From contig CAVSKY010000001.1 in assembly GCA_963728745.1 (NCBI GenBank), positions 329,972-393,971 on the forward strand: a stretch of 64,000 bases of DNA, given 5' to 3'. How positions within the stretch are numbered: the first letter of the stretch is position 1; every line of letters starts with the position of its first letter. The stretch is from an uncultured Chloroflexia bacterium (GTDB lineage: Bacteria > Chloroflexota > Limnocylindria > Limnocylindrales > CSP1-4). This document shows, in pieces, positions 27,425-37,196 of the stretch. The notes below the pieces were generated by a model. The model did no database searches. It worked only from the letters and a program-made list of their open reading frames with translations, and was not told the origin of the DNA. Made by a program: the position numbers and the translations under genes.

Positions 27425-29214
27425 CGGACGAGGTCACGAGGACGACCGACCCCGAGCTGGAGGACGGTCCGGCGCAGGATGTGCCACCCGAGGCGATCGA
27501 GGACGCGCACGAACCCACGCCGGAGGAGGACGTCGCCCCGACACCCAGTGGGCCGCGCACGGTCGGACGCCTGGTGGCCGACGCGCTGCGCACCGCCGGC
27601 GTCCGGTACGCCTTCACGGTGCCTGGCGAATCGTTCCTGGGCCTGCTCGATGTCCTCGGCGATGCCGGGATCCGGGTCGTCGCCACCCGCCACGAAGGCG
27701 GGGCCGCATTCATGGCCGAGGCGCATGGCAACCTGACCGGTCGACCCGCCGCGTGTCTCGGGACCCGAGCCGTCGGATCGGCGAATCTGGCGATCGGGAT
27801 CCACACCGCGCGGCAGGATTCGACACCGATGTTCGCGTTGGTCGGCCAGGTCGAGCGCGCCCACCGCGGCCACGAGGCCTTCCAGGAGATCGACCAGGTC
27901 GGCACGATCGGCGGGCTCGCCAAGTGGGCGGCCGAAGTGAGCGACCCTGCGGAGGCTCCCGCGGTCCTGCGCGAGGCGATCCGCCAGGCCATGGTCGGTC
28001 GTCCCGGCCCGGTGCTGCTCTCGCTGCCGGAGGATGTGCTCGATCAGGACGTGCCGGACGACGCGCATGTCCCCGCGGAACGACCGGCGTCGGCGCGACC
28101 TTCCGACCGCGACATCGGCACGGTCATCGAGCTGCTCGCCGCTGCGGAGCGGCCCGTCATCCTCGCGGGCGGCGGCGTGCTGCGCGCCCGAACGTCGACC
28201 GACCTGCTGCGCTTCGCCGAGCTCCTGCAGGTGCCGATCATCGCCGCGTGGCGGCGGGCCGATGTCATCTCGAACGACCACCCGCTGTACCTGGGCATGG
28301 CAGGTCTCGCGGCAGCGCCGACGGTCCGGGCGCGACTCGAGCAAGCAGACGCGATGCTCGTCATCGGCTCCCGCCTGAACGAGCCGACCTCCGGGGACGA
28401 CACCATCCCGGCAGCAGGGACGCGCTGGGCGCACGTCGACATCGAGCCCGGCTTGACCGCCGGACCACGCCAGCCCGACCTGACGGTGGCAGCCGACGCG
28501 CGCACATTCCTGCGCGCCGCGAACGAACGCCTCATCGGCAAGGCGGTGCTCGACGCTGCACTCCTCCAGACGCGACAGGCGAACAACGCCTCGGACCGTG
28601 CGGCCTGGGAGCAAGCCTCCACGGTCGATGCCGGTGCCGACGACTGGGACGGCCCGGGCGTGCATCCGGGTCGCGTGATCACGACGCTTCGCCGGGTGCT
28701 GCCCGACGACGCGATCCTGACGACCGATGCCGGCAACTTCGCGGGCTGGGCCGGGCGCGGCTTTCGGTTCCGCCGCCCGGGCACGTTCATCGGGCCGACC
28801 TCCGGCGCCATGGGCTATGCGGTGCCCGCCGCTATCGCAGCCGCGCTGATCCACCGCGATCGCCCGGTGGTCGCCCTGGTGGGTGACGGGGGCATGGCCA
28901 TGACCATGGCCGAGCTCGAGACCGCGACTCGGGAGGGCGCCCGGATCGTCGTCCTCGTCTTCGACAACGAGCGCTACGGGACCATCCGGATGTGGCAGGC
29001 CCGGCGCGGCACGGGCGAGGGCGTGGCCACGGAGCTCGGCAGCGTCGACTTCGCGGCGATCGCCCGCGGCCTCGGTGCACGTGGCGTACGCGTCGAGAAC
29101 GACGCGGATGTCGAGCCCGCCCTTCGCCAGGCACTGGCTGAGGAGCGCTCGACCGTGATCCAGTTGCCGCTCGACCGGGCGTGGGTATCGGTGGACCAGC
29201 CGGCGACGAGCTAG
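27421..29214 (+). CDS. Thiamine-pyrophosphate-dependent enzyme, acetolactate synthase large subunit-like (N-terminal acidic extension)
   Basis: TPP-family N-, central and C-terminal domains (GVRYAFTVPGESF..., GSANLAIGIHTARQDSTPMFALVGQV, GDGGMAMTMAELETA). No ilvN follows. Confidence 0.8.
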   Translation: MTDEVTRTTDPELEDGPAQDVPPEAIEDAHEPTPEEDVAPTPSGPRTVGRLVADALRTAGVRYAFTVPGESFLGLLDVLGDAGIRVVATRHEGGAAFMAEAHGNLTGRPAACLGTRAVGSANLAIGIHTARQDSTPMFALVGQVERAHRGHEAFQEIDQVGTIGGLAKWAAEVSDPAEAPAVLREAIRQAMVGRPGPVLLSLPEDVLDQDVPDDAHVPAERPASARPSDRDIGTVIELLAAAERPVILAGGGVLRARTSTDLLRFAELLQVPIIAAWRRADVISNDHPLYLGMAGLAAAPTVRARLEQADAMLVIGSRLNEPTSGDDTIPAAGTRWAHVDIEPGLTAGPRQPDLTVAADARTFLRAANERLIGKAVLDAALLQTRQANNASDRAAWEQASTVDAGADDWDGPGVHPGRVITTLRRVLPDDAILTTDAGNFAGWAGRGFRFRRPGTFIGPTSGAMGYAVPAAIAAALIHRDRPVVALVGDGGMAMTMAELETATREGARIVVLVFDNERYGTIRMWQARRGTGEGVATELGSVDFAAIARGLGARGVRVENDADVEPALRQALAEERSTVIQLPLDRAWVSVDQPATS

Positions 29215-30086
29215 GGCGCAGCCGCCGGCAGGGTGGGCAACGCCGCCTCCGCGGCCCGGATCGCCGCCCCGATGGTCGTCAGCGCTCCGTGGTGCTCAAC
29301 GGCGAATGTCGCCTCGTGCGGCGCCGCCGCGGCCGCCCGCGCGGCGGCGTACGCCAGCTCACATTCGGCCACGACGGTCGCGACCCGACGCTCGTCGGCT
29401 TGCAACGCAGCGAGCCCCGCGATCGAGCGCAGACCGGCCAGGTTCCGGAGGCCGGTGTCGTATCGTCCCAGCAGAGCGCCCGCCAGCGATCGACGATCGG
29501 CGGCGAGCCCTGCCGCGATCGGCCGGACACACCTGCGCCAGGTAGCGACGGCTCGCCTCGCGGCCGGGTCAGCCGAGATCCGCGCATCGAGCTCGTCGAG
29601 GGCATCCCGCATGGGCGCCAGGAGCCGGTCTCGCAAACCGAAGACCGCATCGGCGGCGATGTCATGACAGCCGCGCGTCCCACCCTGTCCATGGAGCGCC
29701 CGCCGGTACGCGGCTCGCGTGGGCGGATCGGCCCCGTCGGTCGCTGCCACGTTCGCGTCCTCGGTCGTCTTGGCGAGCGGAGCCCCGACCATGGTGGACA
29801 GGCCGAAGCCCCAGCGCCTGGCCCACTCGACCGGCTCGAGGTCCGGATCCGGGAGCTGCGGCGCCGGCTCCGGAACCGCCAGCCAAGGCAGCCCGCGCTC
29901 CTGCATACAGTCGGCCGTCAGGACCGCGACAGCATCCGCTCGGCGACGATCAAGGGTGGGGTCATCGTGGATCCCGAGCGCGGCTTCGACCGTCGTGGGT
30001 CGGTCGCCGGCGCTCGACAGGACGGCGGTCGCCAGACCGACCCCACCCACGAGGCCGAAGAGGATCGCACCGAAGGCGGCCCTCAC
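29211..30086 (-). CDS. Hypothetical membrane-anchored protein (N-terminal TM helix)
   Basis: Start GTG 30086 overlaps the stop of the upstream secreted protein (GTGA). N-terminal AAFGAILFGLVGGVGLATAV helix. Confidence 0.5.
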   Translation of the reverse strand: MRAAFGAILFGLVGGVGLATAVLSSAGDRPTTVEAALGIHDDPTLDRRRADAVAVLTADCMQERGLPWLAVPEPAPQLPDPDLEPVEWARRWGFGLSTMVGAPLAKTTEDANVAATDGADPPTRAAYRRALHGQGGTRGCHDIAADAVFGLRDRLLAPMRDALDELDARISADPAARRAVATWRRCVRPIAAGLAADRRSLAGALLGRYDTGLRNLAGLRSIAGLAALQADERRVATVVAECELAYAAARAAAAAPHEATFAVEHHGALTTIGAAIRAAEAALPTLPAAAP

Positions 30087-30688
30087 GGCAGCCAGAGCAG
30101 CGGCGTGTACAGCATCCCGCCGCGCCACAGGCCGCCCTGGAGGAACGAGCTTTGGCCGACGGCCCGATAGCTCCCGGCGCCGCAGTCGGCGCTGCTGCCC
30201 ATGTCGATGCCTGAAACCCAGCCGAAGGCCGTCGAGGTGTTGTAGCTGTAGCCGCTGTCCCGGCAGGTCGTCCACCCTCCGGCACCGTAGCGCTGGACGA
30301 TGATCCGGCTTCGGAGCTCGCCCGCGGGCTGCGTCACGCGGTCGCGGATCGGCGAGCACGGCCACCGATACGTGCGACCGACCGCGTCGCCGCCGCTACC
30401 GTTGAGCCCGGTGAGACCGACGCTCAGCTGCAGGCAGCCGTAGGTCGAGGAGCGGTAGGGGAAGCCGCTCGCTCCGCGCTGTCCACCAGATAGCAGCACC
30501 CAGCGTGGCCCGCCGTAGACCTCGTCATAGACGCACAGGTACTTCACGCCGCTCGATGGATCCTCCCAGACGGCGCCTGGGACGCACGGCTCGGTGGGTG
30601 CCGGGCCACCCGCGGCGAGCACGCCGACCGGCATGAGCATCGCGCCCAGCAGCAACGCGGCCGCAGACAGCAGGCGAAGGCGGTCCAT
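30083..30688 (-). CDS. Hypothetical secreted Cys-containing protein (signal peptide)
   Basis: MDRLRLLSAAALLLGAMLMPVGVLAAG signal peptide. 201 aa. Confidence 0.55.
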   Translation of the reverse strand: MDRLRLLSAAALLLGAMLMPVGVLAAGGPAPTEPCVPGAVWEDPSSGVKYLCVYDEVYGGPRWVLLSGGQRGASGFPYRSSTYGCLQLSVGLTGLNGSGGDAVGRTYRWPCSPIRDRVTQPAGELRSRIIVQRYGAGGWTTCRDSGYSYNTSTAFGWVSGIDMGSSADCGAGSYRAVGQSSFLQGGLWRGGMLYTPLLWLP

Positions 30689-30865
30689 CGACGATCCTCC
30701 ATCCCCGGCGATCGAGGCGGGATCGTCGTCGGACGGGGACGACCGTAGCGACGCACGCTCATCGGTCCCTTACCCACCGATCTCCGGAGACTCACCTCGC
30801 ACCTAGTTGACACCGCAACTATCAAGCGGATATCGTAGGCTGCGCACTGAAGGAGCCGCACCACC

Positions 30866-31870
30866 ATGCCCGCCGTCATCGTCGAAGACCTGTCCGTCCT
30901 GCCGCGCATCGCTGAACCCGATCCGGCGATCGCCCGCGAGCGGCCGGTCCGCAGCGTCACGAACGCTCCACATGGCTTCGAAGGGGAGGGGTTCCCGGTT
31001 CGGCGCGCCTTCGCCGGGGTCGCACTGGAGGACCTCGATCCCTTCATCCACCTCGATCAGATGGGCGAGGTCGAGTACGCGCCAGGCGAGGCAAAGGGCA
31101 CGCCATGGCATCCGCATCGCGGGTTCGAGACGGTCACCTACATGATCGATGGGATCTTCGAGCACAACGATTCGAACGGTGGCGGCGGCGTGATCACCAA
31201 CGGCGACACCCAATGGATGACGGCCGGCTCGGGAATCCTCCATATCGAGCGCCCGCCCGAGCACCTGGTCGCGAGCGGTGGCCTGTTCCACGGCTTCCAG
31301 CTGTGGGTCAACCTGCCGGCCGATCAGAAATGGGCCGCCCCGCGCTACCAGGACATCCGGGCGAGCGAGGTGTCGCTCCTCTCATCGCCCGATGGCGGCA
31401 CGCTCGTCCGGGTCATCGCCGGCGACATCGCCGGTCACGCCGGTCCGGGCTCCACCTACAGCCCGATGACGCTCGTCCACGCGACGCTCAGCGCCGGCGC
31501 GCGCCTCCGCCTGCCGTGGCGACCTGACTACAACGCACTCGTCTACGTCATGAACGGGCAGGGCACCGTCGGCTCGGAACAGTGGCCGCTCGGGACGGGG
31601 CAGCTCGTGGTATTCGGTCCCGGCGATGCCGTGACCATGGAGGCCGCCGCGCACCAGGAGAGCCGGAGCCCGACGATGGACGTCCTCGTCCTCGGAGGCC
31701 GCCCGATCCGCGAGCCGGTCGCATGGCTCGGCCCATTCGTCATGAATACCCGCGACGAAGTGCTGCAAGCCGTCGCCGACTACCAGGCGGGACGCCTCGG
31801 CAGCATCCCAGCCGTCCACAATACCCCCGCCCACCTGGTCCAGACTACGCCGACGCCGCCCGAGCGCTGA
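30866..31870 (+). CDS. Pirin family (bicupin) protein
   Basis: HPHRGFETVTYMIDGIFEHNDSNG...TQWMTAGSGILHIE, pirin N- and C-terminal cupin motifs. Confidence 0.85.
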   Translation: MPAVIVEDLSVLPRIAEPDPAIARERPVRSVTNAPHGFEGEGFPVRRAFAGVALEDLDPFIHLDQMGEVEYAPGEAKGTPWHPHRGFETVTYMIDGIFEHNDSNGGGGVITNGDTQWMTAGSGILHIERPPEHLVASGGLFHGFQLWVNLPADQKWAAPRYQDIRASEVSLLSSPDGGTLVRVIAGDIAGHAGPGSTYSPMTLVHATLSAGARLRLPWRPDYNALVYVMNGQGTVGSEQWPLGTGQLVVFGPGDAVTMEAAAHQESRSPTMDVLVLGGRPIREPVAWLGPFVMNTRDEVLQAVADYQAGRLGSIPAVHNTPAHLVQTTPTPPER

Positions 31871-31878
31871 GTCCGCGC

Positions 31879-32721
31879 CTAGCCCAGCCCACGGGCGTCG
31901 AGCGCCCGACCCCAATGGAAGACGCGGACGGCGGCGAGCACACCGAACGCGGCAAGGACCAGGACGGACGCGGCCGCGATCGAGGCGTCCAGATCGCCGG
32001 CTCCGAACTCTGCGTACACGACGAGCGGCAGCGTCTGCGTACGACCCTCGATGTTGCCCGCGAACATGATCGTCGCGCCGAATTCGCCGAGTGCGCGCGC
32101 CCAGCTCATCACGAGCCCGGCCGCCAGAGCCGACGCGGCCAGGGGGATCGTCACCGCCCGGAAAACCTCGCGCTCCGAGGCGCCATCGACGCGGGCGGCG
32201 TCCTCGAGGTCACGGTCGACAGCCGCGATGCCGGCACGCGCCGAGCGCACGAAGAAGGGGGCCGATACGAAGGTCTGGGCGAGGATGACGGCCACGGTCG
32301 TGAACGGGATCGTCCAGCCCAGTAGGTCGAGCGGGGCGCCCACCAGCCCGCGCCGCCCGAACACGAGCAGCAGGGCGAGGCCCGCGACCGATGGCGGGAG
32401 CACGATCGGCAGGTCGATCACGATCTCGGCCAGCCGCTTGCCCGGGAAGGAACGGCGCGCCAGGACGAACGCCAGCGGCAGCCCGATGGCGACCGTCAGC
32501 AGGAGCGACACCGTCGTCGTCAGCAGGCTCAGGGCGACGGCGTCGAGGACGGCGGGCGAGACGAGGGAGCGCGCCAGGGAGCCGCCGGCCGCCGCCCGGA
32601 TGACCAGCACGAGGACCGGCAACCCGAGGAAGATCGCGAACACCACAGCCGTCGCGAGGACGGCGCGGCCAGCGATCACCCCGCTGGCGGGACGAGCGTC
32701 AACCGCCGCCGCTGCGTCCAC
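31879..32721 (-). CDS. modB: Molybdate/sulfate-type ABC transporter permease (ModB-like)
   Basis: EAA-like loop and VYAEFGAGDLDAS tail typical of ModB/CysTW permeases. Confidence 0.8.
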   Translation of the reverse strand: MDAAAAVDARPASGVIAGRAVLATAVVFAIFLGLPVLVLVIRAAAGGSLARSLVSPAVLDAVALSLLTTTVSLLLTVAIGLPLAFVLARRSFPGKRLAEIVIDLPIVLPPSVAGLALLLVFGRRGLVGAPLDLLGWTIPFTTVAVILAQTFVSAPFFVRSARAGIAAVDRDLEDAARVDGASEREVFRAVTIPLAASALAAGLVMSWARALGEFGATIMFAGNIEGRTQTLPLVVYAEFGAGDLDASIAAASVLVLAAFGVLAAVRVFHWGRALDARGLG

Positions 32722-33133
32722 CTGCAGGCACCTCCACGATCACGTTCGTGGCCTTGACCACGCAGATCGCCTCGTCCCCGACCGTCAGCCCCAGCTCATC
32801 GACGGCCTCGGCCGTCATCAGGCTGACCAGCCGATGGGGTCCGGCGATCACCTCGACGACCGCCGCGATCTTGTCCTTCTCGACACGCGTCACGATGCCG
32901 CGGAAGCGATTACGGGCGGACTGGGCGACGATGGGCCGGTCGGCCGTCGTCGTGCGGCGTTCCGTCAGCAGGCGGCTGACCTCCTCGATCGCGATGACGC
33001 GCTGACCGCCCTCGGACCGATCGACCCTGATGCGGCCGTCCGCCTCCCACCGCCGGAGCGTATCGACGGACACCTGCAGCATCTCGGCCGCTTGCCCGAC
33101 CCGGAGACCGTTCGGTGAACGCTGGCGTGCCAT
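32699..33133 (-). CDS. MerR/excisionase-type HTH fused to TOBE (Mop, molybdopterin-binding) domain transcriptional regulator
   Basis: LRVGQAAEMLQVSVDTLRRWEADGRIRV HTH plus C-terminal NRFRGIVTRVEKDKIAAVVEV...VVKATNVIV Mop/TOBE domain. 23-nt overlap with modB. Confidence 0.7.
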   Translation of the reverse strand: MARQRSPNGLRVGQAAEMLQVSVDTLRRWEADGRIRVDRSEGGQRVIAIEEVSRLLTERRTTTADRPIVAQSARNRFRGIVTRVEKDKIAAVVEVIAGPHRLVSLMTAEAVDELGLTVGDEAICVVKATNVIVEVPAGGRSGGG

Positions 33134-33258
33134 CGTCGAAGTATGCACGGGCGCTTCCCGGATGCCAAGGCAGTCACGCACGATTTCCTAGGTACGCCGA
33201 TGCGGTCGGTGGCGACGATCGCGCGCCGCTAGAGTGCTCCGATGCGCGACCCCGAAGA

Positions 33259-34446
33259 CCGATGAGCCGCGCCGGGGTCCCGCTGGCCGTCATCGCTGGA
33301 CTGTTCGTGGCCTCGCTCGCGATGCGACCGCAGATCCTCGCGATCGGGCCGCTGCTGCCACTGATCCGCGAGGATCTCGGCCTGTCCGCGGGGATCGCGG
33401 GACTGCTGACCACGATCCCGGTGCTGTGCATGGGGGTGTTCGCGCCGGTCGGACCGCGCCTGGCGGCACGCTTCGGATCGGGCTTGGCCTTCGCGGCCTG
33501 CTTGGTCACGGTCGTCGGCTTCGGGCTCATCCGGTCGGTCGTACCGTCAGTGCCGCTCGTGATGCTGGCGACGCTCGGCATCGGCATCGGGATCGGCAGC
33601 GCCGGTGCGATCCCGTCGATGATCGTGTCGCAGCGGCTGCCGGGACGACCGGCGCTCGGAACGGGCGCCTACGCAGGTGGCATCGTCGCCGGCTCGACCC
33701 TTGCCGCGGGCTTCGCCGTCCCGCTGGCGGGCAGCGATGACTGGCGGCGCGCGTTGCTGATCATCTCGGCAGTCTCGATGCTGTCGGTCGTGACCTGGTT
33801 GGTCCTCGTCGGGATCGGCGGCCGCCCGCCAGCCGGATCGACCGGCGCCCGGCGGCTGCCGTGGAGCGATGCGACAGGTTGGCTGCTCGTGGCCGTCTTC
33901 GGCCTCCAGTCGGTGCTCTTCTACGGCATCGTCTCGTGGCTGCCGAACGCATTCGTCGAGCGCGGCTGGAACCCGACCGATGCGGGAGCGCTGATCGGCG
34001 TCTTCAACGGCGTGGGCCTCGTCACCACCATCGGCGTACCCCTTGTCGCGGACCGGCTCGGGCGGAGACGGCCGCAGCTCCTGGTCTCGTCGGCGGTCGC
34101 CGTGCTCGGCCTCATCGGGATCATCCTCGCGCCCGACCTGGCATTCGCATGGGTAGCGGTGCTCGGCCTCGCCCTCGGCGCCGTGTTCCCGCTCGTGCTG
34201 ACGTTGCCCCTGGACGTCGCCGACGATCCGGCCCGGGTCGGTTCGGTCGCCGCGCTGATGCTGCTCGGGGGATACATCGTGTCATCGGCCGGGCCGGTCA
34301 TCCTGGGGGCCGCTCGGGATCTGACGGGCGACTTCTCGGCCAGCCTCTGGATGCTGGTCGCGCTGGCCGTCGTGCTCGTGCTGTCCTGCCTGCCGCTCTC
34401 GCCGGCCCGGCTACGGCGAGGCATCCAGCGCGAACCCGTGGCGTGA
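33259..34446 (+). CDS. MFS transporter (CynX/NimT-like)
   Basis: 12-TM hydrophobic profile. MSRAGVPLAVIAGLFVASLAMRPQILAIGPLLPLIREDLGLS is typical of the CynX family. Confidence 0.75.
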   Translation, partial: PMSRAGVPLAVIAGLFVASLAMRPQILAIGPLLPLIREDLGLSAGIAGLLTTIPVLCMGVFAPVGPRLAARFGSGLAFAACLVTVVGFGLIRSVVPSVPLVMLATLGIGIGIGSAGAIPSMIVSQRLPGRPALGTGAYAGGIVAGSTLAAGFAVPLAGSDDWRRALLIISAVSMLSVVTWLVLVGIGGRPPAGSTGARRLPWSDATGWLLVAVFGLQSVLFYGIVSWLPNAFVERGWNPTDAGALIGVFNGVGLVTTIGVPLVADRLGRRRPQLLVSSAVAVLGLIGIILAPDLAFAWVAVLGLALGAVFPLVLTLPLDVADDPARVGSVAALMLLGGYIVSSAGPVILGAARDLTGDFSASLWMLVALAVVLVLSCLPLSPARLRRGIQREPVA

Positions 34447-34699
34447 GGCGGTGGTCATTCCCACCACGTGGCTCCGCCCGTCCCCGGGACTTGCAATCCC
34501 TACTCGACTAGTGGACAATGCGCCGGCGATGACGCACCGACACCATCACTGCATGTGTCATACCGCTGCCGAGCAGGGCAGGTGGTGTCGCTAGGCGTGC
34601 GTTGACGTAGGATCCCGCACGCAAGTGCCGCCCCGGACCCCTGCCAAGGCAGGGGTTTCTTGTTGCTCCGACCATTCACGACACGAGGGGACGACCCAC

Positions 34700-36040
34700 A
34701 TGACCGACCGAGCTGACATCCTGACCATCGCCACCAGCGAGCTACGCGACCGCCTCGGCGATCCGTCGCTGACGCTGGTCGACGTTCGGCCGCTCGCCGC
34801 CTACAACGGGTGGCGCCTGAACGGGGAGGCGCGTGGCGGCCACATCCCGGGGGCGTCGGCCTTCCCGATCGACTGGCTGCGGACAGTGGATGAGCCCGAG
34901 ATCGCGAGGCTGCTGGCAGGCAAGGGCGTGGCGCCCGATCAGGACGTCATCGTCTATGGCGCGGGCGTCGAGGACGCTGCGGCCCTGGTCGACAAGCTCA
35001 CCGCGCTCGGTGTCACCGATGCGCGCGTCTATGCCGACGGCTTCGGAGCATGGGCTGCGGATCCGACGCTTCCGATCGACCGACTGCCGCAGTACCAGAA
35101 GCTGGTCCACATCGACTGGCTTCGCCAGGTGCTCGCGGGCCAGCGCCCCGAAGCCGCACCGGAGGGCGACTTCCGGATCTTCCACGTCAACTTCGGCGTT
35201 CCCGAGGAGTACGCGGAAGCACACATCCCGGGCGCGCTCTACCTCGATACCAACACGCTCGAGGATCCGGCCGACTGGAACCGCCGCTCGCCGGAGGTCC
35301 TTGATGCGGCGATCCGCGCCCTGGGCATCACCAAGGACACCACGGTGGTCGTGTACGGCCGTGACACCGAGGGCCAGGCGAACGAGAAGTGGCCGGGTCG
35401 GCGGGCGGGCCAGATCGCGGCGACCCGTGCGCTGATGATCCTCACCTACGCGGGCGTCGAGGACGTGCGGCTGCTCGACGGTGGCTACGACTGGTGGGTG
35501 CGCGACGGCAATCCCGTCGAGACCATCCTGCGCGAGCCCTCGCCGGTCGCAGACTTCGGCGCCGTCATCCCGGTCCGCCCCGAGGTCATCGTCGACATCG
35601 ACGAGGCCAAGCAGATCATCGCCGACCCCGAGGGCGCTGCCCTCGTGAGCGTGCGGACCTGGCGCGAGCACATCGGCGCGGTCAGCGGCTACAACTACAT
35701 CGGCCCGGCGGGGCGGATCCAGGGCGACGTGTGGGGCAACTGCGGCACCGACGCTTACCACATGCAGCACTACCGAAACGTCGACAACTCGATGCGCGCA
35801 TACCCGGAGATCACGGCCAACTGGGTCGAGGCCGGGATCGTGCCGGAGAAATGGGTCGCGTTCTACTGCGGCACCGGATGGCGTGCCAGCGAGACGTGGT
35901 TCTACGCGTTCCTTCAGGACTGGCCGCGCATCGCCGTCTACGACGGTGGCTGGTTCGAGTGGAGCCAGGATCCGGTCAACAACCCGATCGAGGTGGGCGC
36001 TCCGGACGCGGCCGAGCCGCAGGACGTCTACGCGGCGTAG
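34700..36040 (+). CDS. Multi-domain rhodanese (thiosulfate/3-mercaptopyruvate sulfurtransferase-like)
   Basis: Three rhodanese-like modules. Active-site loop FYCGTGWRASE in the last module. ATG 34700 follows a GAGGGG RBS. Confidence 0.8.
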   Translation: MTDRADILTIATSELRDRLGDPSLTLVDVRPLAAYNGWRLNGEARGGHIPGASAFPIDWLRTVDEPEIARLLAGKGVAPDQDVIVYGAGVEDAAALVDKLTALGVTDARVYADGFGAWAADPTLPIDRLPQYQKLVHIDWLRQVLAGQRPEAAPEGDFRIFHVNFGVPEEYAEAHIPGALYLDTNTLEDPADWNRRSPEVLDAAIRALGITKDTTVVVYGRDTEGQANEKWPGRRAGQIAATRALMILTYAGVEDVRLLDGGYDWWVRDGNPVETILREPSPVADFGAVIPVRPEVIVDIDEAKQIIADPEGAALVSVRTWREHIGAVSGYNYIGPAGRIQGDVWGNCGTDAYHMQHYRNVDNSMRAYPEITANWVEAGIVPEKWVAFYCGTGWRASETWFYAFLQDWPRIAVYDGGWFEWSQDPVNNPIEVGAPDAAEPQDVYAA

Positions 36041-36085
36041 CTCTTTCCCTGCACCGAGGCTTCAGCGGGTGCGTACCATCGAGGC

Positions 36086-37192
36086 GTGGCAGCGGACCCG
36101 CTGAGGATCGGCATCGTCGGTTGCGGCGACGTCGCCAGCCGACACTACTTCCCGGCGCTGGCCGAGCTGGCGCCTCGCGTCCGCATTGCGGCGCTGATGG
36201 ACGCCCGCCTCGACGCCGCACAGCGCGCGGCGGCGGCCATCAAAGGCTGGTCGCCGGACGTCGAGCTCTTCTACGATCTGGAAGCCATGCTTGCTGGCGC
36301 CGATCTGGATGCTGTCATCGATCTCGCCCCGGCACCGCACCATGGGGCGGTGAACCAGGCGGTCCTGGACGCCGGGCTCAGCCTCTATTCGGAGAAGCCG
36401 ATCGCGAGCACGGTCGCGGAGGCGGATCGATCGATCGCCACCGCCGCGGAGCACGGGGTCATGTTCCTGTGTGCGCCGGGCGTAGCGGCGACGACGCGCT
36501 TCCAGTGGGTTGCCGACCTCGTCCACTCTGGGCGCTACGGTGCTGCCACATTGGTCGTCGCGCACCACGCCGATCCAGGACCCGCCGCATGGCGCGAGTA
36601 CACGGGTGATCCACGACCGTTCTACCGGCCGGGCGTTGGACCGGTCATCGACCACGGCGTCTACCGGCTGCACGGTATGACGACGCTGCTCGGGCCGGTG
36701 ACGCGGGTGCAGGCGATGGGCGCGATCGGCGTACCGACTCGTGTCGTCCGCGGTGGTCCGCTGACCGGCGAGCGCATCGAAGTGACGACCCCGGACCACG
36801 TGCTCATCAATCTCGAGTTCGCCAGCGGCGCCCTCGGTCAGCTCCTCGCCAGCTTCGGGACAGCGGCCACGCTGGCACCGTGGCTGGAGCTCCACTTCGA
36901 GCGGGGGACCGTGAGCTTCGGGGGCCAGTCACATGACCCGGCAGCGCCAGTCAGCCTCTACATCGACGACGACACGCCAGCAGCCAGCGAGGGCTGGCAC
37001 GACGACGTCGACGTACCGGTCGATGCGCATGGCGTCGTGGAGACCGGCATCCGTCACTTCATCGACTGCCTGGGTGGCGAGACGACGCCCCTGCTGACCG
37101 CCGAGCACGCGCGGCACGTCCTGGACATCATCGAAGGGGCCTACGCCTCCATCGACGACGGCGCGTCGCACACCACGACGACCACGTTCTAA
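36086..37192 (+). CDS. Gfo/Idh/MocA family NAD(P)-dependent oxidoreductase
   Basis: RIGIVGCGDVASRHYFPAL Rossmann N-terminus, EKPIAS motif. Confidence 0.8.
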   Translation: MAADPLRIGIVGCGDVASRHYFPALAELAPRVRIAALMDARLDAAQRAAAAIKGWSPDVELFYDLEAMLAGADLDAVIDLAPAPHHGAVNQAVLDAGLSLYSEKPIASTVAEADRSIATAAEHGVMFLCAPGVAATTRFQWVADLVHSGRYGAATLVVAHHADPGPAAWREYTGDPRPFYRPGVGPVIDHGVYRLHGMTTLLGPVTRVQAMGAIGVPTRVVRGGPLTGERIEVTTPDHVLINLEFASGALGQLLASFGTAATLAPWLELHFERGTVSFGGQSHDPAAPVSLYIDDDTPAASEGWHDDVDVPVDAHGVVETGIRHFIDCLGGETTPLLTAEHARHVLDIIEGAYASIDDGASHTTTTTF

Positions 37193-37196
37193 GGCG

